Shown in pieces: positions 11,931 through 23,323 of a stretch of DNA of 64,000 nucleotides. The DNA is taken from the NCBI RefSeq assembly GCF_006345805.1, contig NW_021836142.1, positions 124,001 through 188,000 of the forward strand, in the 5' to 3' direction. Below the pieces are notes generated by a model. That model did no database searches and had not been told where the DNA came from. It saw only the letters and a program-made list of their open reading frames with translations. The stretch is from Octopus sinensis. Its lineage: Eukaryota. Both the position numbers and the translations under genes were made by a program. Position 1 is the stretch's first letter; every line of letters starts with the position of its first letter.

Positions 11931-12597
11931 GCACTTGGTAGTGAAGTGCACCTCCACAGTGAAGATGTCATTTCTTACTTAAATACTTACTTTAAATAAT
12001 TATTTAGTATTATGGATTTCTATTATATCTTTGGTTTCTAACAAATAATTTTGCTTTCAATATAAACAAAGTAAAACCTTGCAATGAAGTATTTAAGTGT
12101 TTCTTTAAATATGGCTTTAAAGTTCCCTTTAAAGATAAGTTGCCTGAATAAAGAAAGCTTGAGGGAAATAATCTAGTTACTAGAAAAGGTAGCTTTGATA
12201 GTTTTGAAGTGCCATGCGATCTATATAATCCAACTATTAACCTATGGGCTTATTCTTACAAGAACACATACACACCCACACACACACCCACACACAAATA
12301 AACATATATGTGTGGCCTAGAGGTAAGTGTGTTGCACTCACAGTTGTAAGATTGTGCTTTTGATTCCCAGGCCAATGACATGTGTTTTTGAGCAAAATAT
12401 TTAATTTCACTTTGGTCTAATTCACTATTATATAACCTGGCAACAGACCAGCATTCCATTCATGGGGAATAGTCGTTGGCCCATCTAACCAGTGAGCAAG
12501 CAAATATTCTCACCTAACAATATGAGAAGTGCATTGTGAAGAGTGGTGTATAACAATATGTGATAGTCTGCTTCAATACAGCAATATACTCCTTTAT

Positions 12598-12993
12598 TCT
12601 TTTACTTTTTTCAGTCATTTGATTGCAGCCATGCTGGAGCACTGCTTTTAGTCGAGCAAATCGACCCCAGGACTTATTCTTTGCAAGCCTAGTACTTATT
12701 CTCTTGGATTCTTTTGCTGAACTGCTAAGTTACGGGGATGTAAACACATCACCATCGGTTGTCAAGCAATGTTGGGGGGACAAACACAGACACACAAACA
12801 TATACATACATACATACATACATATACACAACGGTCTTCTTTCAATTTTTGTCTACCAAATCCATTCACAAGGCTTTGGTTGGCCTGAGTCTATAGTAGA
12901 AGACACTTGCCCAAGGTGCCATGCAGTGGGGATGAACCCGGAACCATGTGGTTGTTAAGCAAGCTACTTACCACACAGTCACTTCTGCACCTA
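12598..12993 (-). mobile_element. Full-length family A SINE
   Basis: Same consensus as the other A copies. Confidence 0.88.
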
Positions 12994-13254
12994 TGAGCCA
13001 CTCCAGCACCTATATGTTCATATATATTTATATACATGTATATTGGTTAGGGTGCATAGCCTAGTGGTTAGTGTTGTGTTCACAATTTTGAGACCGGGGT
13101 TTTAATTCCTATACTTGGCCTTGCGTTGTGTTCTTAAGCAAAACTTCATCCTCTCACATAGCTCTGCAATCACTTCAACACTTGACTTGTTGTACACTAT
13201 GTGCCTGTTGACAGCAACATCAATTCGAAGCACATATACATAACTTTTACATGC

Positions 13255-13940
13255 CGGTAACACGTAAAAGCACCCATGACACTCTCGGACTGGTTGGCAT
13301 TAGGAAAGGCATCCAGCTGTAGAAACTCTGCCAGATCAGATTGGAACCTGGTGCAGCCATCTGGTTCGCCAGTCCTCAGTCAATCCTCCAACCCATGCTA
13401 CCATGGAAAGCGGACATTAAATGATGATGATATATAAATTCATATAGAATTACTCACTCAGTCAGGGTCAGTTTGAACCTATCTGATATCAGTATCTTAA
13501 TAACAGCAAAATATCATTAACTATGTTTATATTTTTGCTTGGCCACCTTCAGATGCTTGTATGGCAGTGTTGTTATGCTCCTTTTGCAATCATATTACTT
13601 CAGGATCAGTTTTAGTGTGCAGCACTTTGAGCAAGTGTGCCTTGGGCCAACCAATGTTTTGTGAGTAGATTTGATAGACAGAAACTGAAATAATCTTATT
13701 GTGTGTGTGTGTGTGAGTGTGTGTGTGTGTGTGTGTGTTTGTCACCTTGCTGTCACCTCCACTTGACAAACAGTACTGGTTTGTTTACATTCCTGAAAGC
13801 TAGCAACTCAGCAAAAAAAAACCCAGCAGAATAAGAACTAGACTTGGAAATGAACACTGAGGGTGTTCTGTCTGACTAAAACCCTCCGTAGTGGTGCCCC
13901 TTCATGACTGCAGTCCAATGACTGAAACAAGTAAAAGAAG
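13255..13940 (+). mobile_element. Family C copy (~13255-13432) and degenerate family A copy (~13625-13940)
   Basis: Family C module with (GAT)n tail; family A motifs around a (TG)n. Confidence 0.7.
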
Positions 13941-14166
13941 ACAGATTAACTACTCCTCTGCCATATTTATTTCCAAATATCTCAGCTTCATTAGTTATAG
14001 TCCATATGTTTTGTGCAATAAATATATAAAATAGAAATCTCAATAATTGAAACAAAAATATGATGCTTACTGCCATACCTGCTTTGGCATGAACAACTAT
14101 TTCCTTTCATGTTTTTTATGTTTTTCTTCTTATTAATCTTTTTTATTTTATATATTTCATATTTAG

Positions 14167-14421
14167 TTGCATGGTAATAATTCTGTAATAATTCTTTTCT
14201 GGAACGTTGACATCAACAAGATCAGTCTGTATTTTAAACATTCTCATATAATCTTCCCCATTAATCTAAATATCTGTTGTGTCTAGGGAGAGTCTGAATA
14301 TCTGCTTATCCATTTAACAGAAACAAAAATACATTCTAAAAAAGATAGAGAAGCAATGTTTGAGGAATGCATAGCAGAATTGTCAAAGCATCAGATAAAA
14401 CCTTTTGTCATTTTGATTTAA
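14167..14421 (+). CDS. Candidate exon or pseudo-exon: LHGNNSVIILFWNVDINKISLYFKHSHIIFPINLNICCV*GESEYLLIHLTETKIHSKKDREAMFEECIAELSKHQIKPFVILI*
   Basis: Long T-rich tract and TAG acceptor at 14166. One in-frame TAG (14284-14286) could alternatively be an acceptor for a 45-codon terminal exon. AATAAA at ~14500. Confidence 0.25.
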
Positions 14422-14634
14422 TGGTCTTTACATCACAATTCTTCCCAGGGCTTTCTGTTTTAGCATTCAGTGAGGGGCTTGCTAAAATAAGTACCAGACA
14501 ATAAAATCAGTGCTGACATTATTAGCTTTACCCTAGTTGGCCATACTTCAGCATGGTCACAATCTAACAAGTGAAACCCATAAAAAATATAAATTGCTGA
14601 GGGTTAAATTGAGAAAATATGAGCACAATTTCAT

Positions 14635-15360
14635 CATCATCATCATCGTTTAACGTCTGCTTTTTAGGCTAGCACGGGTTGGACGCTTCGACCGGGATCT
14701 GGGAAGCCAGGAAGTTGCACCAGGCTCCAGTCTGATTTGGCAGTGTTTCTACAGATGGATGCCCTTCCTAACGCCAACCACTCTGTGAGTGTAGTGGGTG
14801 CTTTTTACGTGCCACAGGCACAGGTATCACAACTACAATTTCCATTTGATATTTATTTTGATATTGATGTACTTGACTCAATAGATCTCCTCAAGCACAG
14901 CAGGTCACGTGCCACTGGCACAGACGTTTATATTTGATTATTTGTCATTTAGTCCCTGCCAAAGACTTACCTTAATGAAAACTAAGAGTGTTTACTGTTG
15001 ACAGAGTTTGTCATGGTAACGGATTTTCCTAACTGAAAATCTTCAGATTCTACTCTAACATTGCTTTTAATCTTCACACAATGAAATCAAATGCAAATAC
15101 CAGCATCGCCTTACTGGCACCTGTGCCGGTGGCATGTGTAAAAGATTCGAGCAAGGTCGTTGCCAGTACCGCCTGACTGGCACGTAAAAGCACCCACTAC
15201 ACTCTCCCAGAGTGGTTGGTGTTAGGAAGGGCATCCAGCTGTAGAAACTCTGCCAGATCAAGATTGAAGCCTGGTGCAGCTATCTGGTTCGCCAGCCCTC
15301 AGTCAAATCGTCCAATCCATGCTAGCATTGAAAATGGACGTTAAATGATGATGATGATGA
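14635..15360. mobile_element. Two family C copies in opposite orientation (~14635-14880 -, ~15090-15360 +)
   Basis: The diagnostic module and (GAT)n tails point outward. Confidence 0.75.
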
Positions 15361-15954
15361 AAGGAACTAGAATCTGAAACTGCAATTTTGGGACTGTACG
15401 AGCATGTGAACCAATAACAGTAGATATTTTATATAAACAGTGCTGCTAATACCTCAATAAAGTATTTGTCAGGTGTTAGAATAAAAGCCTTTTAATGAAC
15501 ATCTATTCTTCCATTCTTGCATACTTCCAGTTTTTACCTGGTTGAGTAACTCAAGTAAGGACATCTTTATACAACAGTGCATATGCAGGTGCAATATATT
15601 GAACAAAGAGCAAATGAAATGTTCTCAGCAAGGTCTTCATTAACTGTTTGCAAAATTATATAATATGAGAGCACTAATAAAAAATCTTATATCTAATATT
15701 TAGTATTTTTGAAATAAAATTTCATGAAATTTGGTTTTATTTTGAAGCTGATTTAAATGCGGTTCAAGAATTTTATGGCTACAATATGAAGTTATCCTGA
15801 ATTTTTATATCAGAAGTATCATGTATAGTTTTCAATAGAATACATTAAGAACTAAAGAAAACAAAAATAAAATAAATACAGCAATAACAAAGGAATCGTC
15901 ATGGAATCCTGTAAAATCTTGATTTTACCAACATTGAAAAGGAACATGACTGCT

Positions 15955-16071
15955 TTATTCTGTCCCAGAAGGTTGTCGCTTTGGGGGATGTGTAGGAATT
16001 TCTAGTGCATCTGATTCATTTTGAAGAACATCAGTAAGCTTATGGTGTTGCTTATTAGTTTCAGAATACCT
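15955..16071 (-). CDS. Candidate terminal exon (RYSETNKQHHKLTDVLQNESDALEIPTHPPKRQPSGTE*)
   Basis: 38 open codons after a TAG acceptor; weak pyrimidine tract. Confidence 0.2.
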   Translation of the reverse strand, partial: RYSETNKQHHKLTDVLQNESDALEIPTHPPKRQPSGTE

Positions 16072-16437
16072 CTAATTCAGTAGAGCAATGATCACTGACT
16101 TTCCAGTTGTGACCATCCCATCTTTTATATGTTCTTCCTGATTAAATCAGAGGTTTGATTTTGAGCAGAATTTTGCATCTATTTCTAGTAGACTGAGTCT
16201 AAAGGCTTCCGTGTTAGCTTATTTTCAGGGGAGATTTAACATTTGATGATTATCAAATAATTTAAAGTTTTTTAATTAAATTTCCTTTATTTCAATGTTT
16301 CTGTTTTACTATTTTATAAAGCAAAACTAATGAAATCCTAATCGTGTAATCTTCATAGTTCTGTTTTCAACTTGGAATATTTATTTTACTATTTTATTTT
16401 GGACACAATGTTTGTGCTGACATAACAGTCCATAACG

Positions 16438-16800
16438 CACGTGATGCACGTGACACTATACTGACCAATTCGAAAATTGATTGCTTCATATTCCAGTAAA
16501 TCTGTCAGCTAACCATTGTTAAGAAGCCACGAGAAGCTATCAATCTGAATGTTTTATATATGGTCACATATTCACAACAGTAAACGAAAAGTAAGTTTAT
16601 TAATACCGTGGTGTAATTTCTCTACTAGATAAGTTTAACTAGTTTTAAGTAATATACATAACTTTACAGTTGAATTGTAATCTATCATTGAACACCTGCT
16701 ACCGAATGAGATTTCTATGCAATATAGATTCCCCGTCAAACATATGGAACAATGCATATCATCATATGCTTCTCTCTTCTGTTATTCCTCTTGCACACAG
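16438..16800 (+). promoter_or_regulatory. Putative promoter: tandem CACGTG E-boxes, CCAAT, then a possible non-coding first exon and 210-nt intron
   Basis: CACGTG at 16438-16443 and 16447-16452, CCAAT at 16465, donor AAA|GTAAGT at 16591, strong acceptor CTTCTCTCTTCTGTTATTCCTCTTGCACACAG ending at 16800; CpGs retained locally. Confidence 0.35.
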
Positions 16801-17249
16801 TTAAATCTATTGACTTTTTATGGTTAAACCGATGACCAATTGGGATTGATTGAATCATTCCGAGTTCATTGTCTGTATTTAGTTTCATGCTATCTTAGAA
16901 TAATAATCAATATAAAGTCTAGTCTGATGCTCCCCTCTTTCCATCAATTCCACCAATTTCACTAAACGAAGTATTAAAATTAAATGAAATTGGTAAACTC
17001 TGTCTAATGAACACACGTAACTTCCAAACTCTATTTGATATATTACGATATATTACAAAAATGAATACCTCCCCTCCGTTCACGGTGGGAAAATTGGTGT
17101 GCTGTTAAGAAACTCACTTTCAGAAAGTATGATCTGAAATTTGGTTTGTTTCACTCTGTAGCATCTTCAAGTGTCTTCTGATATAGACTCTGGCCTATTA
17201 ATATTTTGAGAGTAAAATCAACAACCAGAAATGGTGCAGAAGCTTGTAT

Positions 17250-17262
17250 ACACACACTACAT

Positions 17263-17310
<48 letters not shown>

Positions 17311-17421
17311 ATATGTATGTATACACACACACAGATATATACATACATATATATATATATGCATACATATAAATATATATGCATACATATATAAATATAT
17401 ATATATATACATATATATATG

Positions 17422-17452
<31 letters not shown>

Positions 17453-17610
17453 ATATATACATATGCATACATATATATATGCATACATATATACATACAT
17501 ATATATATACATATGCATACATATATATATACATACATATATACATATATATACATACATATATACATACATATATATATGTGTGTGTGTGTATACACAT
17601 ATATATACAG
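17250..17610. repeat. (TA)n/(TACA)n/(TATGCA) microsatellite
   Basis: Visible directly. Confidence 0.95.
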
Positions 17611-17719
17611 TATATATATTTATATTCTTTTATTCTTCTACATATCTCAGCCATTTGACTGTAGCCATGCTGGAGCACCATCTTAAAGGGTTTCAGTAGA
17701 ACAAATTGGCTCCTGTACA

Positions 17720-18130
17720 TTATTTACATTTCACGGACATTTGACCTCATCTTGTTTGTTGTTAACACGCTTCGGCTGATATACTCTCCAGCCTTCATCA
17801 GATGTCTTGTGGAAATTTCGAACCTGGGTTCTCATTCCTAAGGTATTTTTCGATGTTATTAAGGCAGCTGACAACCACTACGCCATATGCCCATGGGCAT
17901 ATGGCATAGTGGTTGTCACAACCTGGGACCTTGAAGACTGCTTTAATGCAAGAAGGTATACTAGTCCCTTGATATTTGGTATTCAATATTTCATCTATTC
18001 AATATGACAATCAATACTTCATTTCATTTTACTATATATATTATTTATATTATATATTCTATATTCTACATTAATATTATAAAGAATATAAATAAAACAA
18101 AAAACAGAGTTGGAATTCCTTTGAATAATA
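17720..18130 (-). mobile_element. Penelope-terminus-like repeat with a degenerate hammerhead motif and a central palindrome
   Basis: Minus strand CTGATGAAGGCTG-loop-CAGCCGAAG. 17930-18130 recurs inverted at 58440-58660. Confidence 0.55.
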
Positions 18131-18443
18131 TTTATATTATTGTTTGTTTTTATGTTCAGTTATAAAAACAATTTTACATTAATCTAATGGGTTACTTTAT
18201 ACTTTTGCATATGTATATTATTCTTATTTAAGAATAATATACATATATGTGTGAGTGCGTGTGTGTATAAATCCAAATTGAGAGAATGGAGGCATGTAAG
18301 TTCCATTCTACATATGTTTCCTAGCTAGCAGAACTTTGGCAGCAGTAATTTGTCAACTAGCAGGACCCCACTAGGTACTCATCAGGCTGCTGATTACTAT
18401 CTTCCTTTACTTAGATCCTTGCATCTTATATATATCTATCTAC

Positions 18444-18505
<62 letters not shown>

Positions 18506-18569
18506 TTTATTATATATATATATATATATATTTGTATATAGTTAGTTGCCATGAACAGATAACATACCC

Positions 18570-18750
18570 TTTTCTCTTCTAGACACAAGGCCCAAAATTT
18601 TTGGTGAGAAGGCCAGTTGATTAGATCCACCCTAGTATGCAACTAGTACTTAATTTATTGACCCCAAAAGGATGAAAGGCAAAGTCGACCTCAGTGGAAT
18701 TTGAACTCAGAACATAAAGACAGATGAAATACCACTAAGCATTTCACCTG
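18570..18750 (-). mobile_element. Family B SINE
   Basis: Reverse complement of the B core and tail. Confidence 0.8.
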
Positions 18751-19159
18751 GAACAGATAATATACTGTAATCTAAAATGCAAACTAATAACACTTTAACA
18801 AGTTAGGGGTACCTGGTAGTGTCCATACAGGTAAAATGGTATAATGAGCAGTGAGTATTTACTTTTGAGATGTGATAATTAGGAATTGCTAAAATATTTG
18901 CCAAATTTAAAAATAAGTACAGGGTTGAAATTTGTTTACTAAAACCCTTGGAGGTAATGTCCTAGCATGCTGAAAATCCAGTCACTGAAACAGGTAATTG
19001 CATATTATTTTCTCCTCTGAAATATCTTTCTAAAGTTGTTGGAAAAAATGGTACCAATTTTCTGCCAATCTCATTGACTTCTTCAAAAAATTATAGGCCT
19101 GTCATTATAGAAAAATTAATAGAAGTAAAACTTCAATCGTATCCCTGTTTCATTCTTAC

Positions 19160-19272
19160 CTTTAACTACAACTCAATGAACATAGCATAGCAAAGAATGA
19201 TCTCTATCAGACATAGTGGCTCTAGTTACACTAGTTGAAGGCAAACGTCTTCACTGGTGTCCCAAAGACATT
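19160..19272 (-). other. Candidate non-coding exon (113 nt)
   Basis: A long T tract then CATTCAG acceptor, and AAG|GTAAGA donor; stops in all three frames. Confidence 0.35.
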
Positions 19273-20029
19273 CTGAATGAAAAAAAAAAATGTAATATTT
19301 TTGCTGTTGTTTCTTTAAGTTTATCACACTTCTAGCCTGAAAGAGTCAATTAATATTTCTACGCTTCACATATTGAAAAGTAACATTCTCAGTAAATCCC
19401 TTATTTAATCATTCTCTCTTTCTATATCTCTCTCTTTCTCTCCGCTCTCTCTCTCTATTTCTATCCCTGTTTCTATTTCTCCTTTAGGTAGTATGTCACA
19501 AAATGCTGTCAGCATAATTTTTCTTTCAAATGTAATGTTTTTCTGAAGATTGAATAGCTCCTTGAACACATCTGAAGCAGATTGTTATTTTCTTTCTTTT
19601 TAAAATTATAAAATAAAATAAAAATTCTGAACCATACCTCAACAGAAAATTACATCATATTTTCCCTTAAGCTATGAGCCATAACTGTTTTCCTTGGGAA
19701 CCAATTTGATGATAATCCCCACCCACTTGATAAATATTGCCAATGAAAAATACAGAGACTGGATTCTATTTTCACAAAAAATATTCTACAGAGTATAGTT
19801 CTCTTGTTATAAAAAGGTGATTTTTTTTCTGTGGACAGCTACATAATACAAATAATATTTTGAAAACGTTAATATAAAATAACATTAATCTGGCTTAAAG
19901 TGATGCAATATTGATTTTTTGCGAATGAGCAAATGATTTCAGTTAATTTTATAGTACCAAAAGAGGAGGGGAAACACCTGGTATCTGGTATCCAGGATGG
20001 TCTGAGATTGATAAGATCCATGTATTGGA

Positions 20030-20330
20030 TTGATAAGATCCAACCACCTCTCAAGCTTCTTTGATAACGTCCAGGTTTCTGAGCCATATAGTAGAATTGG
20101 TTCGACTGTGGCTTTGAAGATTTCAAGTTTGAAGTCTCTACTTAGATTTGATGACCAGATCTTATGCATGTCATTACAGGCTGACCAGGCCATATCCTTT
20201 CTAGTTAGAAAATCTTTTCCAGATGATGATATGTATGACCCAAGATATTTGTAATCAGAAACCATATTTAAGGGCGCATTGTTGAGAGTATGGATGATGC
20301 AATCACTGTTGGACAAGCACTTGTTTATAT
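20030..20330 (-). mobile_element. RTE-like LINE reverse transcriptase C-terminal fragment
   Basis: YKYLGSYI...AWSACNDMHKIWSS...FKATVEPILLYGSETWTL in ORF 19939-20418. Confidence 0.8.
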
Positions 20331-20679
20331 ATTCAGTCTTGGCTTTGGTCAGCCTGGGGCAATTGTAGAAAATGCTTACCCAAGGTGCCGTGCAGTGGAA
20401 CCGAATCCAAAAGAACATGCTTGCAAAGAGAATTCCTCAGATACATTAAGGAAATGAAAATAATGAAAAGAAAATGCATGATGATGATGATGATGATGAT
20501 GATGAGGGCTAGAATACTTTTTTTTTTATTCTTGATCTACTCAATCAGAACTGAGCTGCGGGATAAACACTGACGATCAATGTGCCTCAAGATAAGGCCA
20601 CCTAATCACGTCAGAAAAAAATTGTTCCTATTACACAAAGCTTTACTAAAAAGAAAGATTGAATACCATTTGTTTTCAT

Positions 20680-21095
20680 ATCATCATCATCATCATCATT
20701 GATATCAGCAACATCGACATTGTCATTGCCATCATTATTGTTGTTGTTGTTATCATCACTGTCATCATCAGCGTCATCATCATCCTTTTCATTATTATTG
20801 TCATCATTGTCATCATCATCATTATCATTGTTTTCATCATCTTCATCATCATCTTCATCATCATCATCATCGTTATCATCATCACTACCATCAACATCAT
20901 CATCTTCATTATCAGCATCATCGTCAGCATCATCAACATCGTCGTCGTCATCATTTTCATCACCATCATCACCACCATCATCATTATCATCATCATCATC
21001 ACAAGTGTCATTCTCATCATCATCATCATCGTTGTTGTTTTCATTGTCATAATCATTATCATCATCGTCATCATCATAATCATTATCATCATCAG
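20680..21095. repeat. Degenerate (CAT)n trinucleotide array
   Basis: Gives poly-Ile, poly-Ser and poly-Met ORFs in different frames. Confidence 0.95.
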
Positions 21096-21841
21096 TAGGA
21101 TGTTACAGAATTTACAAATGGTTTTTGTTTTCCTCTTTATACATTCCTCATTTAAAACTTGGTCGGTAGGTGGGACGGGGGCTCCTAATTCTTTCTTTTC
21201 CCAACAAAAACAAAAGCAAAAAAAGACAAAGACAAAGCGAGAATCTTTGAAGTCCAATTATAGAACAAATAAATATTATATATTCATAACTCCATAACTA
21301 ATTTTATATTTTTATAAATAGTCCTATTAAATGAATAAAACACTAATAGTAAAAAGACATAGGAACAATATGTTGAATAACTAACTTATTTCTTATTTAT
21401 TAAAGCAGTTTAATGGAATAATTTATTCCTACTGGTAATTTAATTTACATTTTTCAGAACTGTTTCTTGCAGATATTTATCAGTTTTTTTTTTTGGTTTT
21501 TGTTTGTTTGTTTTTGTTTTCAAGTCTTATGCTATGAAGCGTAAGATATTCAAATTAAGTTACAACTATTTTGCAAGTTACTGTTGCATGTTCTGCAATG
21601 CAATGATTTTATTTTCAATACAATCTTTTTTTTTTTTTTTTTTGAAATAATCAAAGTTTTTATCCACATGTGTAATTAGTCATTCAAGTTTAAAAAATCT
21701 TTTTCCTGTGTAGATAAAAAGTAGGAAAATGGCCTTATTTCTGTCTCTGAGTTCAATATTTCGAGGTTTGTAAGAATATAAAAAAAAACAAAAAACAAAA
21801 CAAAACAAATCGGTCAAATAAATAAAAAGTATTTGCATATA

Positions 21842-22276
21842 CAGGTGCAGAAGTGGCTGTGTGGTAAGAAGCTTGCTTCCCAACCACATGGTTCTGAGTT
21901 CAGTCCCACTGTATGGCACCTTGTGTAAGTGTCTCCTACTATATAGCCTCGGGCTGACCAAAGCCTTGTCAGAGGATTTGATAGACGGAAACTGAAAGTA
22001 GTCCATCGTGTATATATATATATTTCAAAACGCGGAGTAGATGAAACAAAGACGACAGAAGAAGAGGAATTTTCCTTGTATTGTATGTCCTGTACTCTAT
22101 TTTTTCGTTAAGAAAAATGTCCATTTCCTTGGTTTTGTGTTTATGTTTTCGTTTCTCATTGTGTTCGACGTTTTTTTGGTGTCCTGTACCCATATATGCA
22201 TGTATATATACATGTAGAGGTAGGTACATACATATATGTATGTATATATGCATATGTTTTATTTTATTTATTAATT

Positions 22277-22321
<45 letters not shown>

Positions 22322-22590
22322 GAATTTACAAAAAAGCAAAAGACGAAGACAGGTGTGTAAACAACGAATGTGTGTGTGTGTATTTGTGCATCTGTGTTTG
22401 TCCTTCCCCCATCGCTTGACAACTGATGCTGGTGTGTTTACAAACTCGTAACTTAGCTGTTCAACAAAAGGAACTGATAGAATAAGTACTAGGCTTACAA
22501 AGAATAAGTCCTGGAGTTAAATTGTTCAACTAAATGGGGTGCTCCAGCATGGCCACAGTCACATGACTGAAACAAGTAAAAGAATAAAAT
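21842..22590 (+). mobile_element. Family A SINE with a ~330-bp unrelated repeat inserted in its internal (TA)n
   Basis: Head at 21842-22010, foreign block at ~22025-22360, tail at ~22365-22590. Confidence 0.75.
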
Positions 22591-22854
22591 CCCCTAGCTA
22601 GGATTATATTTACAGCTACTAACCCTGGCCATAAAACTGACACCTACACTTACTTCCTGCTGTGCCAAAGAATAACACTAGCAGCATCTGTCTGTCTGTC
22701 TGTTTGAATCCCTTTTATCTTCTTTACTTTTGTATTTATTTTATTTTACTTTACTTTATCTTGTATTTCTTACTTTATCTTCCTTTATCTATATCTTTTG
22801 CTTATATTCATGATATTTTTATATTCTTCAGCAATGCCATGTAAACTGCTTCTC

Positions 22855-23085
22855 TCTCAGCTGGCAGAAGCTTTAGCACACCGGGTGAAATGCGTAGCCG
22901 TATTTCGTCTGCCGCTACGTTGTGAGTTCAAATTCCGCTAGGGTCGACTTTGTCTTTCATCCTTTCGGGGTCGATAAATTAAGTACCAGTTACGCACTGG
23001 GGTAGATGTAATCGACTTTATCCCTTTGTCTGTCCTTGTTTGTCCCCTCTATGTTTAGCCCCTTGTGGGCAATAAAGAAATATCT
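22855..23085 (+). mobile_element. Family B SINE, well preserved
   Basis: CTGGCAGAAG...GAGTTCAAATTCCG...TTTCATCCTTTCGGGGTCGATAAATTAAGTACCAG...CAATAAAGAAATA. Confidence 0.88.
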
Positions 23086-23323
23086 CTCTGTACATTTGAC
23101 CCCCACCTCTCTACTTATTATTCTTCTCCTTTCTCTTTTTCCCTCATACCCTCTACCGTTCTATTACAATACCCGTCTCTCTTTCTACTTACTTCTTCTC
23201 TCTTTAGCCAATTTCTACTATCTGGCACTATCATACCATTATGAACCTTGAGCATGGAAGTATTCATCCTGGACATCTACAATATGAGGAATATTATCTT
23301 ACCTGGATTCACATTGGAAATGT

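Noticed and set aside
20659-21297. 212-aa Ile-rich ORF resembling a membrane protein
   Set aside because: It is a (CAT)n array open in several frames and on both strands (poly-I, poly-S, poly-M).
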